Source: Eledone cirrhosa (lineage: Eukaryota). Taken from it: 64,000 nucleotides of DNA. The DNA lies in NCBI GenBank assembly GCA_964016885.1, contig OZ024761.1, forward strand, positions 8,618,001 through 8,682,000. Reading direction: 5' to 3'. Each line of letters opens with the position of its first letter. The first letter of the stretch is position 1. Shown one piece after another: positions 48,045 through 59,219 of the stretch. The notes under the pieces were generated by a model. It was not told the origin of the DNA. It saw only the letters and a list, made by a program, of their open reading frames with translations, and made no database searches. The translations under genes were made by a program, and so were the position numbers.

Positions 48045-48385
48045 TCATCATTCATCATCATCATTTCATATTATGTCCACTTTTTCCCTGCTTGCAAGGG
48101 TGGGACAGGAACTGATTCTGGCTTGATTTCTACAGCTGGATGCCCTTCCTAACACCAACCTCATTTACAGTGAGTGCTGGGTATTTTTTTGCCGTGGCAC
48201 CTCTTTGCAGTGGAATGATAGGGACCCCAGTCCCTATCATCTCATTTCTACAGCTGAGTAAACTGGAGCAATGTGAAATAAAGTGCCTTGCTCAAGGAAA
48301 CAACACATCACCCGGTCTGAGAATTGAACTCACAACCTTTCGATTGCAAGGCCAATGCTCTAACCACTAAGCCATGTGCCTCCAC
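48045..48385 (-). mobile_element. CORE-type SINE with RTE tail
   Basis: Reverse complement of 44618-44952. Confidence 0.85.
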
Positions 48386-48470
48386 ATATGTATATGTACA
48401 TATATATATGTATAATATGTATATGTATATATATATATGTATATTTGTATATATATATATATGTATATAT

Positions 48471-48586
48471 CAGGGGCGAAGGGTCCGTGCATGCAACGCA
48501 TGCATTATAGAATCTTGAGTTGATCAATTACGTCGATTGAAGCAAGCAGAATTTTGACTGCTTACTAAAACGTAGACACATAAAAG

Positions 48587-48635
<49 letters not shown>

Positions 48636-48839
48636 GACAGCTTTGGGGCAAGCAGAATTTTGATTGCTGACTAAATCGTAGATACATAAAAAGATAACAC
48701 ACACACTAGATAACACTACATGCGGCTTTGACTGGGATTTCATTTAGAGGGGATGGGGGGGGGGGGGGCTGCACAGCCCCACTTTCCGCCATGGCAATTG
48801 GACTGCACGCCCTACTTTCCCGGTCACCCTTTGCCACTG
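48471..48839. mobile_element. hAT-type MITE
   Basis: TIR CAGGGGCGAAGGGT / ACCCTTTGCCACTG; 8-bp TSD GTATATAT / GTATATGT. Confidence 0.7.
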
Positions 48840-48840
48840 G

Positions 48841-48895
<55 letters not shown>

Positions 48896-48925
48896 AGATC
48901 AAAAGATGGTTAAAGGAGTTCCATA

Positions 48926-48996
48926 TATTTTATTATGCGCATTTCAAAAACAAACATCATCATGCAATAATATTTGTGTTTTCATCAGATATATAT
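48926..48996 (-). ncRNA. Type I hammerhead motif with canonical core and 15-bp stem II; 5' strand of stem I merged into (TA)n
   Basis: CUGAUGA AAACACAAAUAUUAU-UGCAUG-AUGAUGUUUGUUUUU GAAA UGCGCA UA AUAAAAUA. Confidence 0.72.
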
Positions 48997-49162
48997 ATAT
49001 ATATAATAATAATAAAGATACTATTTATAGTTATGTATATACTATAGTATAAATAACTATAAACAGGGAAGGTCAGTAATGTATTACTACCTTATTACCA
49101 GTAAGAGAAATAGCTCAATGTAAGAACATCAGGTGTTTTACAGAGCAGGAATATATATATAT

Positions 49163-49196
<34 letters not shown>

Positions 49197-49200
49197 ATAT

Positions 49201-51734
49201 AGAGGAACAGTGTGAATTCCTGAAAGCTAACCTGCTGAAGGCGACAGATGAAACCTGTGGCTGGAGCAGGCCTATAGGCAGGAGGAGAGTAACTTGGTGG
49301 TGGAACAGTAAGGTGGAGAGGTCAATCAAGGCCAAAAAGCAGGCTTGGAAAGCATGGCGGGATGGGGGAAGTAGAGAAGACTATCAAGTGCCCAGGAGGG
49401 AAGCTAGGAGACAAGTGTACTTCGCAAGAAGGGAAGCAGAGGAAAGAAACTTCAAGCATGTTCTACAACGCGAGGACCAAAAACGTGAGGTGTTCAGGAT
49501 TGCTAGGCAATGTGTCAAGGAAAACAGTGATATTGTCGGGGAGAAGTGTGTCCTTAATGATGATGGTGTACTTGCCATCACTGACGCTGATAAGAAGGTA
49601 GCTTGGGAGTGTCACTACGAAAGGCTACTAAATGAGGAGAATAATTGGGAGAAAGACAGTCTCCCCCACATCGACCCAATAGAGAGACCAGAAGTGCAAG
49701 TTGAAAGTAGTATAATAAGTAAGGTGATCAAAGACATGAAGACGGGCAAGGCGGCCGGGCCTTTGGAAATAGTTGCCGAAATGCTGAAAGCATCTGGAAC
49801 GGTGGGACACACTATGGTCACCCGGATAGTAAACCAAGTCATACAGAATGGGGTCGTTCCAAAGGACTGGCGCAGCAGCATCATCATTAACTGCTACAAG
49901 GGTAAAGGTGATGCCCTAGATAGGGGAAACTATAGAGGCATTAAATTAATTGACTAGGTCATGAAGGTCACAGAAAAAGTAATAGCGCAACTAATCAGAG
50001 AGCGAATTGATCTAGACAAAATGCAGTTCGGGTTTGTGTCAGGTAAAAGTACAACAGACGCTCTTTTCATTGTACGACAACTACAGGAGAAGTACCTAGC
50101 TAAAAGTAAATCCCTATACTTAGCTTTTGTTGATTTGGAGAAAGCCTTTGACAGAGTACCCCGCTCAATTATCTGGTGGGCCCTTAGAAAACTAGGTGTT
50201 GATGAATCGCTTGTGAGAGCTATACAAGCCATGTATAAAGAAACAGTCAGCAAGGTTAGAATTAACAACGAATATAGTGAAGAGTTTAGCGTAAAAGTTG
50301 GTGTTCATCAGGGCTCCGTCCTTAGCCCCCTACTATTTATTATTGCTCTTCAGGCTATAACAGAGGAGTTCAAGATCGGCTGCCCATGAGAACTCCTATA
50401 TGCAGATGATCTAACGCTCATAGCTGAATCAATGGCTGAACTAGAGAAGAAATTCCAAACATGGAAGCATGGCCTAGAATCAAAAGGCCTTAAAGTTAAC
50501 TTGTCTAAGACTAAAGTTCTAGTTTGTAGGAAGGAAAATAGGGCATCGGTCCCATCTGGGAAATGGCCATGCTCAGTGTGTAGGAAAGGAGTAGGTAGAA
50601 ACTCCATTTTATGTCCCAAATGCAAAGTATGGGTACATAAAAGATGTAGTGGGATCACAGGTAAGCTAACTAAGAATATAGATTTTATATGTGGCCGGTG
50701 CTCTGGTGCAATAAGTAGCAGCAAGTGTCCGCAGAATACTAACTCATTCCATTGCACAGATGGTTCTATAGAAATAGTGGACAGCTTCCGTTACCTGGGT
50801 GACAAAATCAGCAGTGGGGGAGGGTGCTCTGAAAGTACAGTAGCTAGAGTCAGAACGGGATGGAAAAAGTTCAGAGAGCTTATACCACTATTGGCCGCTA
50901 AAGAGTTCTCTCTAAAAATGAAAGGCAGGCTGTATGATGCCTGCATACGAACAGCAATGTTACATGGCAGTGAGACCTGGGCATTGTGTGCAGACGATAT
51001 ACGCAGACTGGAGAGGAACGAAGCTTGCATTCTCCGCTGGATGTGTAATAGTAATATACGTGAACGGCAAAGCATAAACGAACTAATGGAGAAATTAGGA
51101 ATAAGAGGGATCAGATGTTGTTTACTCGAGAGAAGACTACGTTGGTATGGTCACGTGATGCGCATGAAAGACGACAGCTGTATAAAAATGTGCAGGGCAA
51201 TAAAAATAGACAGTAGCCACGGAGTAGGCAGACCCAGAAAAACCTGGGATGACTTGATAAATTCCGACCTCACACACACCTCTCCAAGACAATGTCATTG
51301 GACCGAGATCTTTGGCGCTACACAGTAATAGAGAAGACCCGCCTTACCTAAGTACAAAGTGAAACCTACTACAGTCAGTAGGCACCTCTAGCAAAATACA
51401 CCCCCGTCCCACTACCCCTACCCCATCCACACCACCCCTTTCAATGTAAAGTTATGTTGGTACCACAACATCCAGGCCGAAACAAATGAGGTTGTGTAGG
51501 TGTCACGACAAAAAAACACACAGTCCACGCTGTAATGTGGCCGTGTAGGTAACACGGTAAAAACCTCCCAGTTCCACACTGTAAATGTGGTTGGTGTTAG
51601 GAAGGGCATCCAGCCGTAGAAAACCCGCCAGACAGTCCTATGCGAGCAAGACAACCACTCTTGCATCAAGTGGGAAAACTCCCGTCCAAACCCATGCAAG
51701 CGTGTAATATGGACGTTAAACGATGATGATGATA
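49201..51734 (+). mobile_element. 5'-truncated, relatively young RTE LINE (RT with PHD-like insert, 3' UTR, (GAT)n)
   Basis: One reading frame broken by stops at 49955 and 50387 and a late frameshift; AFVDLEKAFD, QGSVLSP, YADD, FRYLG motifs. Confidence 0.95.
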
Positions 51735-51765
51735 TATGTATATGTATATATATGTATATATATAT

Positions 51766-51829
<64 letters not shown>

Positions 51830-52088
51830 GTATATGTATATATATATATGTATATGTATATATATATATGTATATGTATATATATAGTATTAAGGATACT
51901 ATTTATGGTTATGTATATACTAAAACCTTTTATAGTTATATATATTTTAAACCCTAAATAGTGAAAGACAGTAATTCATTACTACCTTATTACCAGTAAG
52001 ATAAATAGCTCAATGTAATAACATCAGTTGTTCTACAGAGCAGTTATATAGAAATTACATAAATCAAAGTTCTGTTTAAATCATTTAT

Positions 52089-52137
52089 TTGCTTACAATT
52101 GTTTCTTCCAAACCTAGGCTTGGAGTCTTCGGAGCAA
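52089..52137 (-). ncRNA. Type I hammerhead variant (CCGAAGA, U4C)
   Basis: UUGCU CCGAAGA CUCCAAGCC-UA-GGUUUGGAA GAAA CAAUUG UA AGCAA. Confidence 0.65.
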
Positions 52138-52207
52138 TTATTCAGTGATTTTTTACATGTCTCTTGTGTTGAAAAGGAGGTCAAGTATGTAAAAAATCAC
52201 TGAATAA

Positions 52208-52256
52208 TTGCTCCGAAGACTCCAAACCTCGGTTTGGAAGAAACAATTGTAAGCGA
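52208..52256 (+). ncRNA. Type I hammerhead variant (CCGAAGA, U4C)
   Basis: UUGCU CCGAAGA CUCCAAACC-UC-GGUUUGGAA GAAA CAAUUG UA AGCGA, followed by AAUAAA. Confidence 0.65.
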
Positions 52257-52330
52257 ATAAATGATTTAAACAGAACTTTGATTCATGTAACTTCTATATG
52301 TATATATATATATATATATATATGTATATG

Positions 52331-52382
<52 letters not shown>

Positions 52383-52457
52383 TATATATATACACACACA
52401 CATATATATATACACACACACACATATATATATATACACACACATATATATATATAT

Positions 52458-52504
<47 letters not shown>

Positions 52505-52540
52505 TATATATATATATACACACACACACATATATATATG

Positions 52541-52709
52541 TGAAAATGTTTAACCCCAACGCCAGAACTCAAGCCTTTTTCGACGGCTATTTCTGGATTG
52601 AAATAACCGTCGAAACGGCTTGAACTCTGGCGACGGGATTAAACATCTTCATATTACCCACTCTGGTGCATTGTGGTCCATCTGGTTCCTTACCACACTT
52701 CCTTCGTTA
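52541..52709. repeat. Palindromic repeat, second copy (hairpin 52541-52651) plus tail
   Basis: Shares inner arms and the TGGTCCATCTGGTTCCTTACCACA tail with 47335-47526. Confidence 0.85.
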
Positions 52710-52881
52710 TATATATATATATGTAAAAAGGTAAACAAAAATAATGAAAACAACCAAACAAATGGCAGAGGAATATATTAGTTTAACACTTCAAATAGCA
52801 GGAAGAGGGTTTTAACACACACACACATACATATATATATACAATATGAACAAATGGAAACTATATTTATAAAACCATATT

Positions 52882-52946
52882 TATTTCATTATACATATTT
52901 CAAGGACGCCAAGTTAAATTATGGTGTGCTTTCATCAGATAAAATA
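52882..52946 (-). ncRNA. Type I hammerhead ribozyme, canonical core (within repeat 52839-53021)
   Basis: UAUUUUAU CUGAUGA AAGCACACCA..UGGCGUCCUU GAAA UAUGUA UA AUGAAAUA. Confidence 0.8.
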
Positions 52947-53096
52947 TAATATAGATCAGTTTTATGAATAAATATTGACATACCCTTAAAGAATGCAACC
53001 ATTACTGTTGGAAGCTCCTGGATATATATATATATATATATATATATTGTACATGGCCAGTCAAATATGGTAGAAGCAGATTTGTGTGTGTGAATT

Positions 53097-53680
53097 ATCA
53101 TCATCATTTTTACGTCCACTTTTTCATGCTTGCATTGGTTGGACGTGTCCTTATCAGCACAGCATCTCTCCACACAGGATCGTTTGTCATCACTTCTGTG
53201 AGTCTCAGTGATTTGAGGTCAACTCTCACCACCTCTGCCCAAGTCTTTCTTGGTCTACCTCTACTGTGACTTCCATCCACTGGCATTTCCTGGCACTTCT
53301 TCACCCAATGATCATTGTCCATGTGCATCACATGTCCAAACCAACAAAGTTTTCTATCCTGCACATCACCTCAGATTCCCCTTAAACCCAGCTTCTCTCT
53401 CAGCTCATGCAGGCTCTGCCTCTCTGTCATACATTACTCATCCAATGAAGCTTCATTTCTCTCCAGTCAACTGGGCCACATGCCTTTCATCATCATCATC
53501 ATCATCATTTTACGTCCGCTTTACCCTGCTTGCTTCCTATTCTCTTTACCCACTTGTCACGGTCCTTCGTCATCTCCTCGGTGAGTTTCAGCGAGATTTG
53601 AGGTCTGCTCTCACCACCTCCGCCCATGTTTTACGTGGTCTACCTCTTCTGTGACTTCCTGCTACTGGCATTTCTTGGCC
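53097..53680 (-). mobile_element. Two adjacent RTE 3' fragments
   Basis: WFGHVMH..GRPRKTWAEVVR twice; GAT tails at ~53097 and ~53488. Confidence 0.8.
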
Positions 53681-53770
53681 TTTACGATATTAAAAGATAC
53701 ATGTGTTAAATTTAAATAATTTCTAAATTAAACATTTTTCACAAATAAAAAACATATTTTCTGTTTGTAG

Positions 53771-53951
53771 GTACAAGACAACTCACCTGTAAACATTAGA
53801 AGTTTCTTTAATTGGTTCTACCTGTCTTTGAACGCCGGTGCCTTCATTGGTCTTGGTCTACTGACTTTTATTCAGCAATATTTTAACTTCTTTTATGGTT
53901 TCACTGCAGCTCTTGCAACCCTTACTTTGGGTTTCTTAATATTTATTGCAG
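53771..53951 (+). CDS. SLC15A4: SLC15A4-like transporter, coding exon 2
   Basis: Acceptor TTTCTGTTTGTAG, donor GTGAGT; VQDNSPVNIRSFFNWFYLSLNAGAFIGLGLLTFIQQYFNFFYGF..LIFIA carries the PTR2 signature FFNWFY..IN.G; in frame with exon 1; phase 1 end. Not in the ORF track. Confidence 0.92.
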
Positions 53952-53979
53952 GTGAGTTGCTATGATCATTGTCATTACT

Positions 53980-56900
53980 GTCACTGTCAACATCACCATC
54001 ACCACTGTCAACATCACCACCACCACTGTCAACATCACCAACACCACTGTCAACATCACCATCGCCACTGTCAACATTACCATCATCACTGTCAACATTA
54101 CCACCACCACTGTCAACATCACCATCACCACTGTCAACATCACTATCACCACTGTCAACATCACCATCACCACTGTCAACATCACCATCACCAGTCAACA
54201 TCACCACCACCACTGTCAACATCACCACCACCACTGTCAACATTACCACCACCACTGTCAACATCACCACCACCACTGTCAACATCACCATCGCCACTGT
54301 CAACATCACCATCACCACCACTGTCAACATCACCATCACCACTGTCAACATCACCATCACCACTGTCAACATCACCATCACCACCACTGTCAACATCACC
54401 ATCACCACCACTGTCAACATCACCACCACCACCACTGTCAACATCACCATCACCACCACTGTCAACATCACCATCACCACTGTCAACATCACCATCACCA
54501 CTGTCAACATCACCATCACCACTGTCAACATCACCACCACCACTGTCAACATCACCACCACCACCACTGTCAACATCACCAACACCACTGTCAACATCAC
54601 CATCCCCACTGTCAACATTACCATCATCACTGTCAACATTACCACCACCATTGTCAACATCACCACCACCACTGTCAACATCACCACTGTCAACATTACC
54701 ACCACCACTGTCAACATCACCATCACCACTGTCAACATCACCATCACCACTGTCAACATCACCACCACCACTGTCAACATCACCATCACCACTGTCAACA
54801 TCACCATCACCACTGTCAACATCACCACCACCACTGTCAACATCACCACCACCACTGTCAACATCACCACCACCACTGTCAACATCACCATCACCACTGT
54901 CAACATTACCACCACCACTGTCAGCATCACCACCACCACTGTCAACATCACCATCACCGCTGTCAACATCACCACCACGACTGTCAACATCACCACCACC
55001 ACTGTCAACATCACCATCACCATTGTCAACATCACCACCACCACTGTCAACATTACCATCATCACTGTCAACATTACCACCACCACTGTCAACATCACCA
55101 ACACCACTGTCAACATCACCATCGCCACTGTCAACATTACCACCACCACTGTCAACATCACCATCACCACTGTCAACATCACCATCACCACTGTCAACAT
55201 CACCACCACCACTGTCAACATCACCATCACCACTGTCAACATCACCATCACCACTGTCAATATCACCACCACCACTGTCAACATCACCACTGTCAACATC
55301 ACCACCACCACTGTCAACATCACCATCACCACTGTCAACATCACCATCACCACCACTGTCACCATCACCACTGTCAACATTACCATCACGACTGTCAACA
55401 TCACCACCACCACTGTCAACATCACCATCACCATTGTCAACATCACCACCACCACTGTCAACATTACCATCATCACTGTCAACATTACCACCACCACTGT
55501 CAACATCACCATCACCACTGTCAACATCACCATCACCACTGTCAACATCACCACCACTGTCAATATCACCATCACCACTGTCAACATTACCACCACCACT
55601 GTCAACATCACCATCACCACTGTCAACATCACCATCATCACTGTCAACATCACCATCACCACTGTCAACATCACCATCACCACTGTCAACATCACCATCA
55701 CCTCCACTGTCAACATCACCACCACCACTGTCAACATCACCATCACCACCAATGTCAACATCACCACCACCACCACTATCACCATCACCACTGTCAACAT
55801 CACCACCACCACTGTCAACATTACCACCACCACTGTCAACATCACCACCACCACTGTCAACATCACCATCGCCACTGTCAACATCACCATCACCATCACT
55901 GTCAACATCACCATCACCACCACTGTCAACATCACCATCACCACCACTGTCAACATCACCACCACCACTGTCAACATCACCATCATCACCACCACCACTG
56001 TCAACATCACCATCACCACCACTGTCAACATCACCATCACCACTGTCAACATCACCATCACCACTGTCAACATCACCATCACCACCACTGTCAACATCAC
56101 CATCACCACTGTCAACATCACCATCACCACTGTCAACATCACCATCACCACTGTCAACATCACCATCACCACCACTGTCAACATCACCACCACCAATGTC
56201 AACATCACCATCACCACTGTCAACATCACCATCAGCTCCACTGTCAACATCACCACCACCACTGTCAACATCACCATCACCACCACTGTCAACATCACCA
56301 TCACCACTGTCAACATCACCACCACCACTGTCGACATTACCACCACCACTGTCAACATCACCACCACCACTGTCAACATCACCATCACCACTGTCAACAT
56401 CACCATCACCACTGTCAACATCACCATCACCACCACTGTCAACATCACCATCACCACCACTGTCAACATCACCACCACCACTGTCAACATCACCATCACC
56501 ACCACTGTCAACATCACCATCACCACTGTCAACATCACCATCACCACTGTCAACATCACCATCACTGTCAACATCACCATCACCACCACTGTCAACGTCA
56601 CCACCACCACTGTCAACATCACCATCACCACCAATGTCAACATCACCACCACCACCACTATCAACATCACCATCACCAGTCAACATCACCACCACCACTG
56701 TCAACATCACCACCACCACTGTCAACATTACCACCACCACTGTCAACATCACCACCACCACTGTCAACATCACCATCGCCACTGTCAACATCACCATCAC
56801 CACCACTGTCAACATCACCATCACCACTGTCAACATCACCATCACCACTGTCAACATCACCATCACCACCACTGTCAACATCACCATCACCACCACTGTC

Positions 56901-58275
56901 AACATCACCACCACCACCACTGTCAACATCACCATCACCACCACTGTCAACATCACCATCACCACTGTCAACATCACCATCACCACTGTCAACATCACCA
57001 TCACCACTGTCAACATCACCACCACCACTGTCAACATCACCACCACCACCACTGTCAACATCACCACCATCACCACTGTCAACATCACCATCACCACTGT
57101 CAACATCACCATCACGACCACTGTCAACATCACCACCACCACTGTCAACATCACCATCACCACCACTGTCAACATCACCACCACCACTGTCAACATCACC
57201 ACCACCACCACTGTCAACATCACCATCACCACTGTCAACATCACCATCACCACTGTCAACATCACCACCACCACTGTCAACATCACCACTGTCAACATCA
57301 CCACCACCACTGTCAACATCACCATCACCACCACTGTCAACATCACCACCACCACCACTGTCAACATCACCATCACCACTGTCAACATCACCATCACCAC
57401 TGTCAACATCACCATCACCACTGTCAACATCACCATCACCACCACTGTCAACATCACCACCACCACTGTCAACATCACCACCACCACTGTCAACATTACC
57501 ATCATCACTGTCAACATCACCACCACCACTGTCAACATCACCATCACCACTGTCAACATTACCATCATCACTGTCAACATCACCATCACCACTGTCAACA
57601 TTACCATCACCACTGTCAACATTACCATCACCACTGTCAACATCACAATCACCACTGTCAACATCACCATCACCTCTGTCAACATCACCACTGTCAACAT
57701 CACCACCACCACTGTCAACATCACCATCACCTCTGTCAACATCACCACTGTCAACATCACCATCACCACTGTCAACATCAACATCACCACTGTCAACATT
57801 ACCATCACCACTGTCAACATCACCACCACCACTGTCAACATCACCACCACCACTGTCAACATTACCATCACCACCACTCAACATCACCATCACCTCTGTC
57901 AACATCACCATCACCACTGTCAACATCACCACCACCACTGTCAACATTACTACTGTCAACATCACCATCACCACTGTCAACATCACCACTACCACTGTCA
58001 ACATCACCATCACCACTGTCAACATCACCATCACCACTGTCAACATTACCATCACCACTGTCAACATCACCACCACCACTGTCAACATCACCATCACCAC
58101 TGTCAACATTACCATCACCACTGTCAACATCACCACCACCACTGTCAACATCACCATCACCACTGTCAACATTACCACCACCACTGTCAACATCACTACC
58201 ACCACTGTCAACATCACCATCACCACTGTCAACATCACCATCACCACTGTCAACATCACCATCACCACTGTCAGT
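53980..58275. repeat. CA-rich minisatellite, ~200 units of CTGTCAACAT(CAY)n, mostly 21 bp (15-24 bp variants)
   Basis: Read directly; fills most of SLC15 intron 2. Confidence 0.97.
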
Positions 58276-58567
58276 CATTAACATCATTGTCACTTAAGCA
58301 CGTTCCTACACTTTACAGAGTGTACTTGGTGCATTTTATCATGACACTAGCACTAGGTTGTTGTGTCCTTGACAGAACTGAAGAGTCTTCACAAAACTAT
58401 GTTTGTGAGGTTTGCCATGGTTGAATGCTCTTCCTGATACCAACCACTTTACAGAGTGTACTGGGTGCATTTTATCATGGCACTAACAATAAGTTAATCA
58501 CATTCTACTTAATTGAAAAAGAATTAGTTGTTGTTGTTGCTGTAATGTCCTTTTAATTCTGTTCCAG

Positions 58568-58691
58568 GCCGGTGTTGTTATAAAGTTTCTCCACCTAATG
58601 GCAGTGTCCTTATTAATATATACCAAATCATAAACAACGCCTTTGTCAACAGACGCAAGTGTAAACAGAAAAGAATCAGTTTTAATACCTT
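58568..58691 (+). CDS. SLC15A4: SLC15A4-like transporter, coding exon 3
   Basis: Acceptor TTCTGTTCCAG, donor GTAAGT; the phase-1 join gives GRCCYKVSPPNGSVLINIYQIINNAF.., the conserved PPxGS after TM6; gene continues beyond the window. Confidence 0.85.
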
Positions 58692-58732
58692 GTAAGTCTT
58701 TAAACTGTTTCATTACCACCTATATCTTACAA

Positions 58733-58985
58733 CCCTTTAACATTTAAACCGGCCGCAATTCTCTCCCCTCTTTCTCTTCAAACCAGCTGTAATTGGCTGC
58801 TCATACCAATGTTAAAGTATTGTTCTCAAAATAAATAACATCAAAATCTTGTAGCTTCGATATTATGAACGATAATTATATAAGGTAAAGCCTTTACTGT
58901 GAAAATACAATAGTATATATAGAGTAATGTAAATGTTATGTGAGGTAAAGCATTTACTGTGAAAATACAATAGTATATATAGAGT
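58733..58985 (-). mobile_element. piggyBac-like MITE, left part (interrupted by the L1/Tx1 element)
   Basis: CCCTTTAACATTTA terminus followed by internal 60-bp units. Confidence 0.75.
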
Positions 58986-59219
58986 GGTTTCTTTATTTGC
59001 CACTAGGGCACAAAAGGTAGGGACAGATACAAGGGGGGAAGTTTACATATAATTAACGAGTACAAAAATATAACAATGAAATAACAACAACAAACGAAGT
59101 CCTCAATAGGGAGGGGGCATTAACATGGGTTGCACACACCCCGGAAAAAATGTGCAACCCTTCTCCTCAGGAGCACAAAGAGTAGGTCCCCTCGTCTCCT
59201 CTTTTTCCTCTTCTTTCAC

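Larger units (their letters stand above)
52046..52299. repeat. Inverted repeat (113-bp arms, 28-bp spacer), one hammerhead motif per arm
   Basis: 52046-52158 is the reverse complement of 52187-52299 with few mismatches. Confidence 0.92.

Noticed and set aside
53893-58424. Giant His/Cys-, Ser/Pro-, Thr- and Asp/Gly-rich ORFs (mucin- or shell-protein-like)
   Set aside because: Open in all frames because of the triplet-based repeat; lies between a GTGAGT donor and a phase-compatible acceptor of the SLC15 gene.
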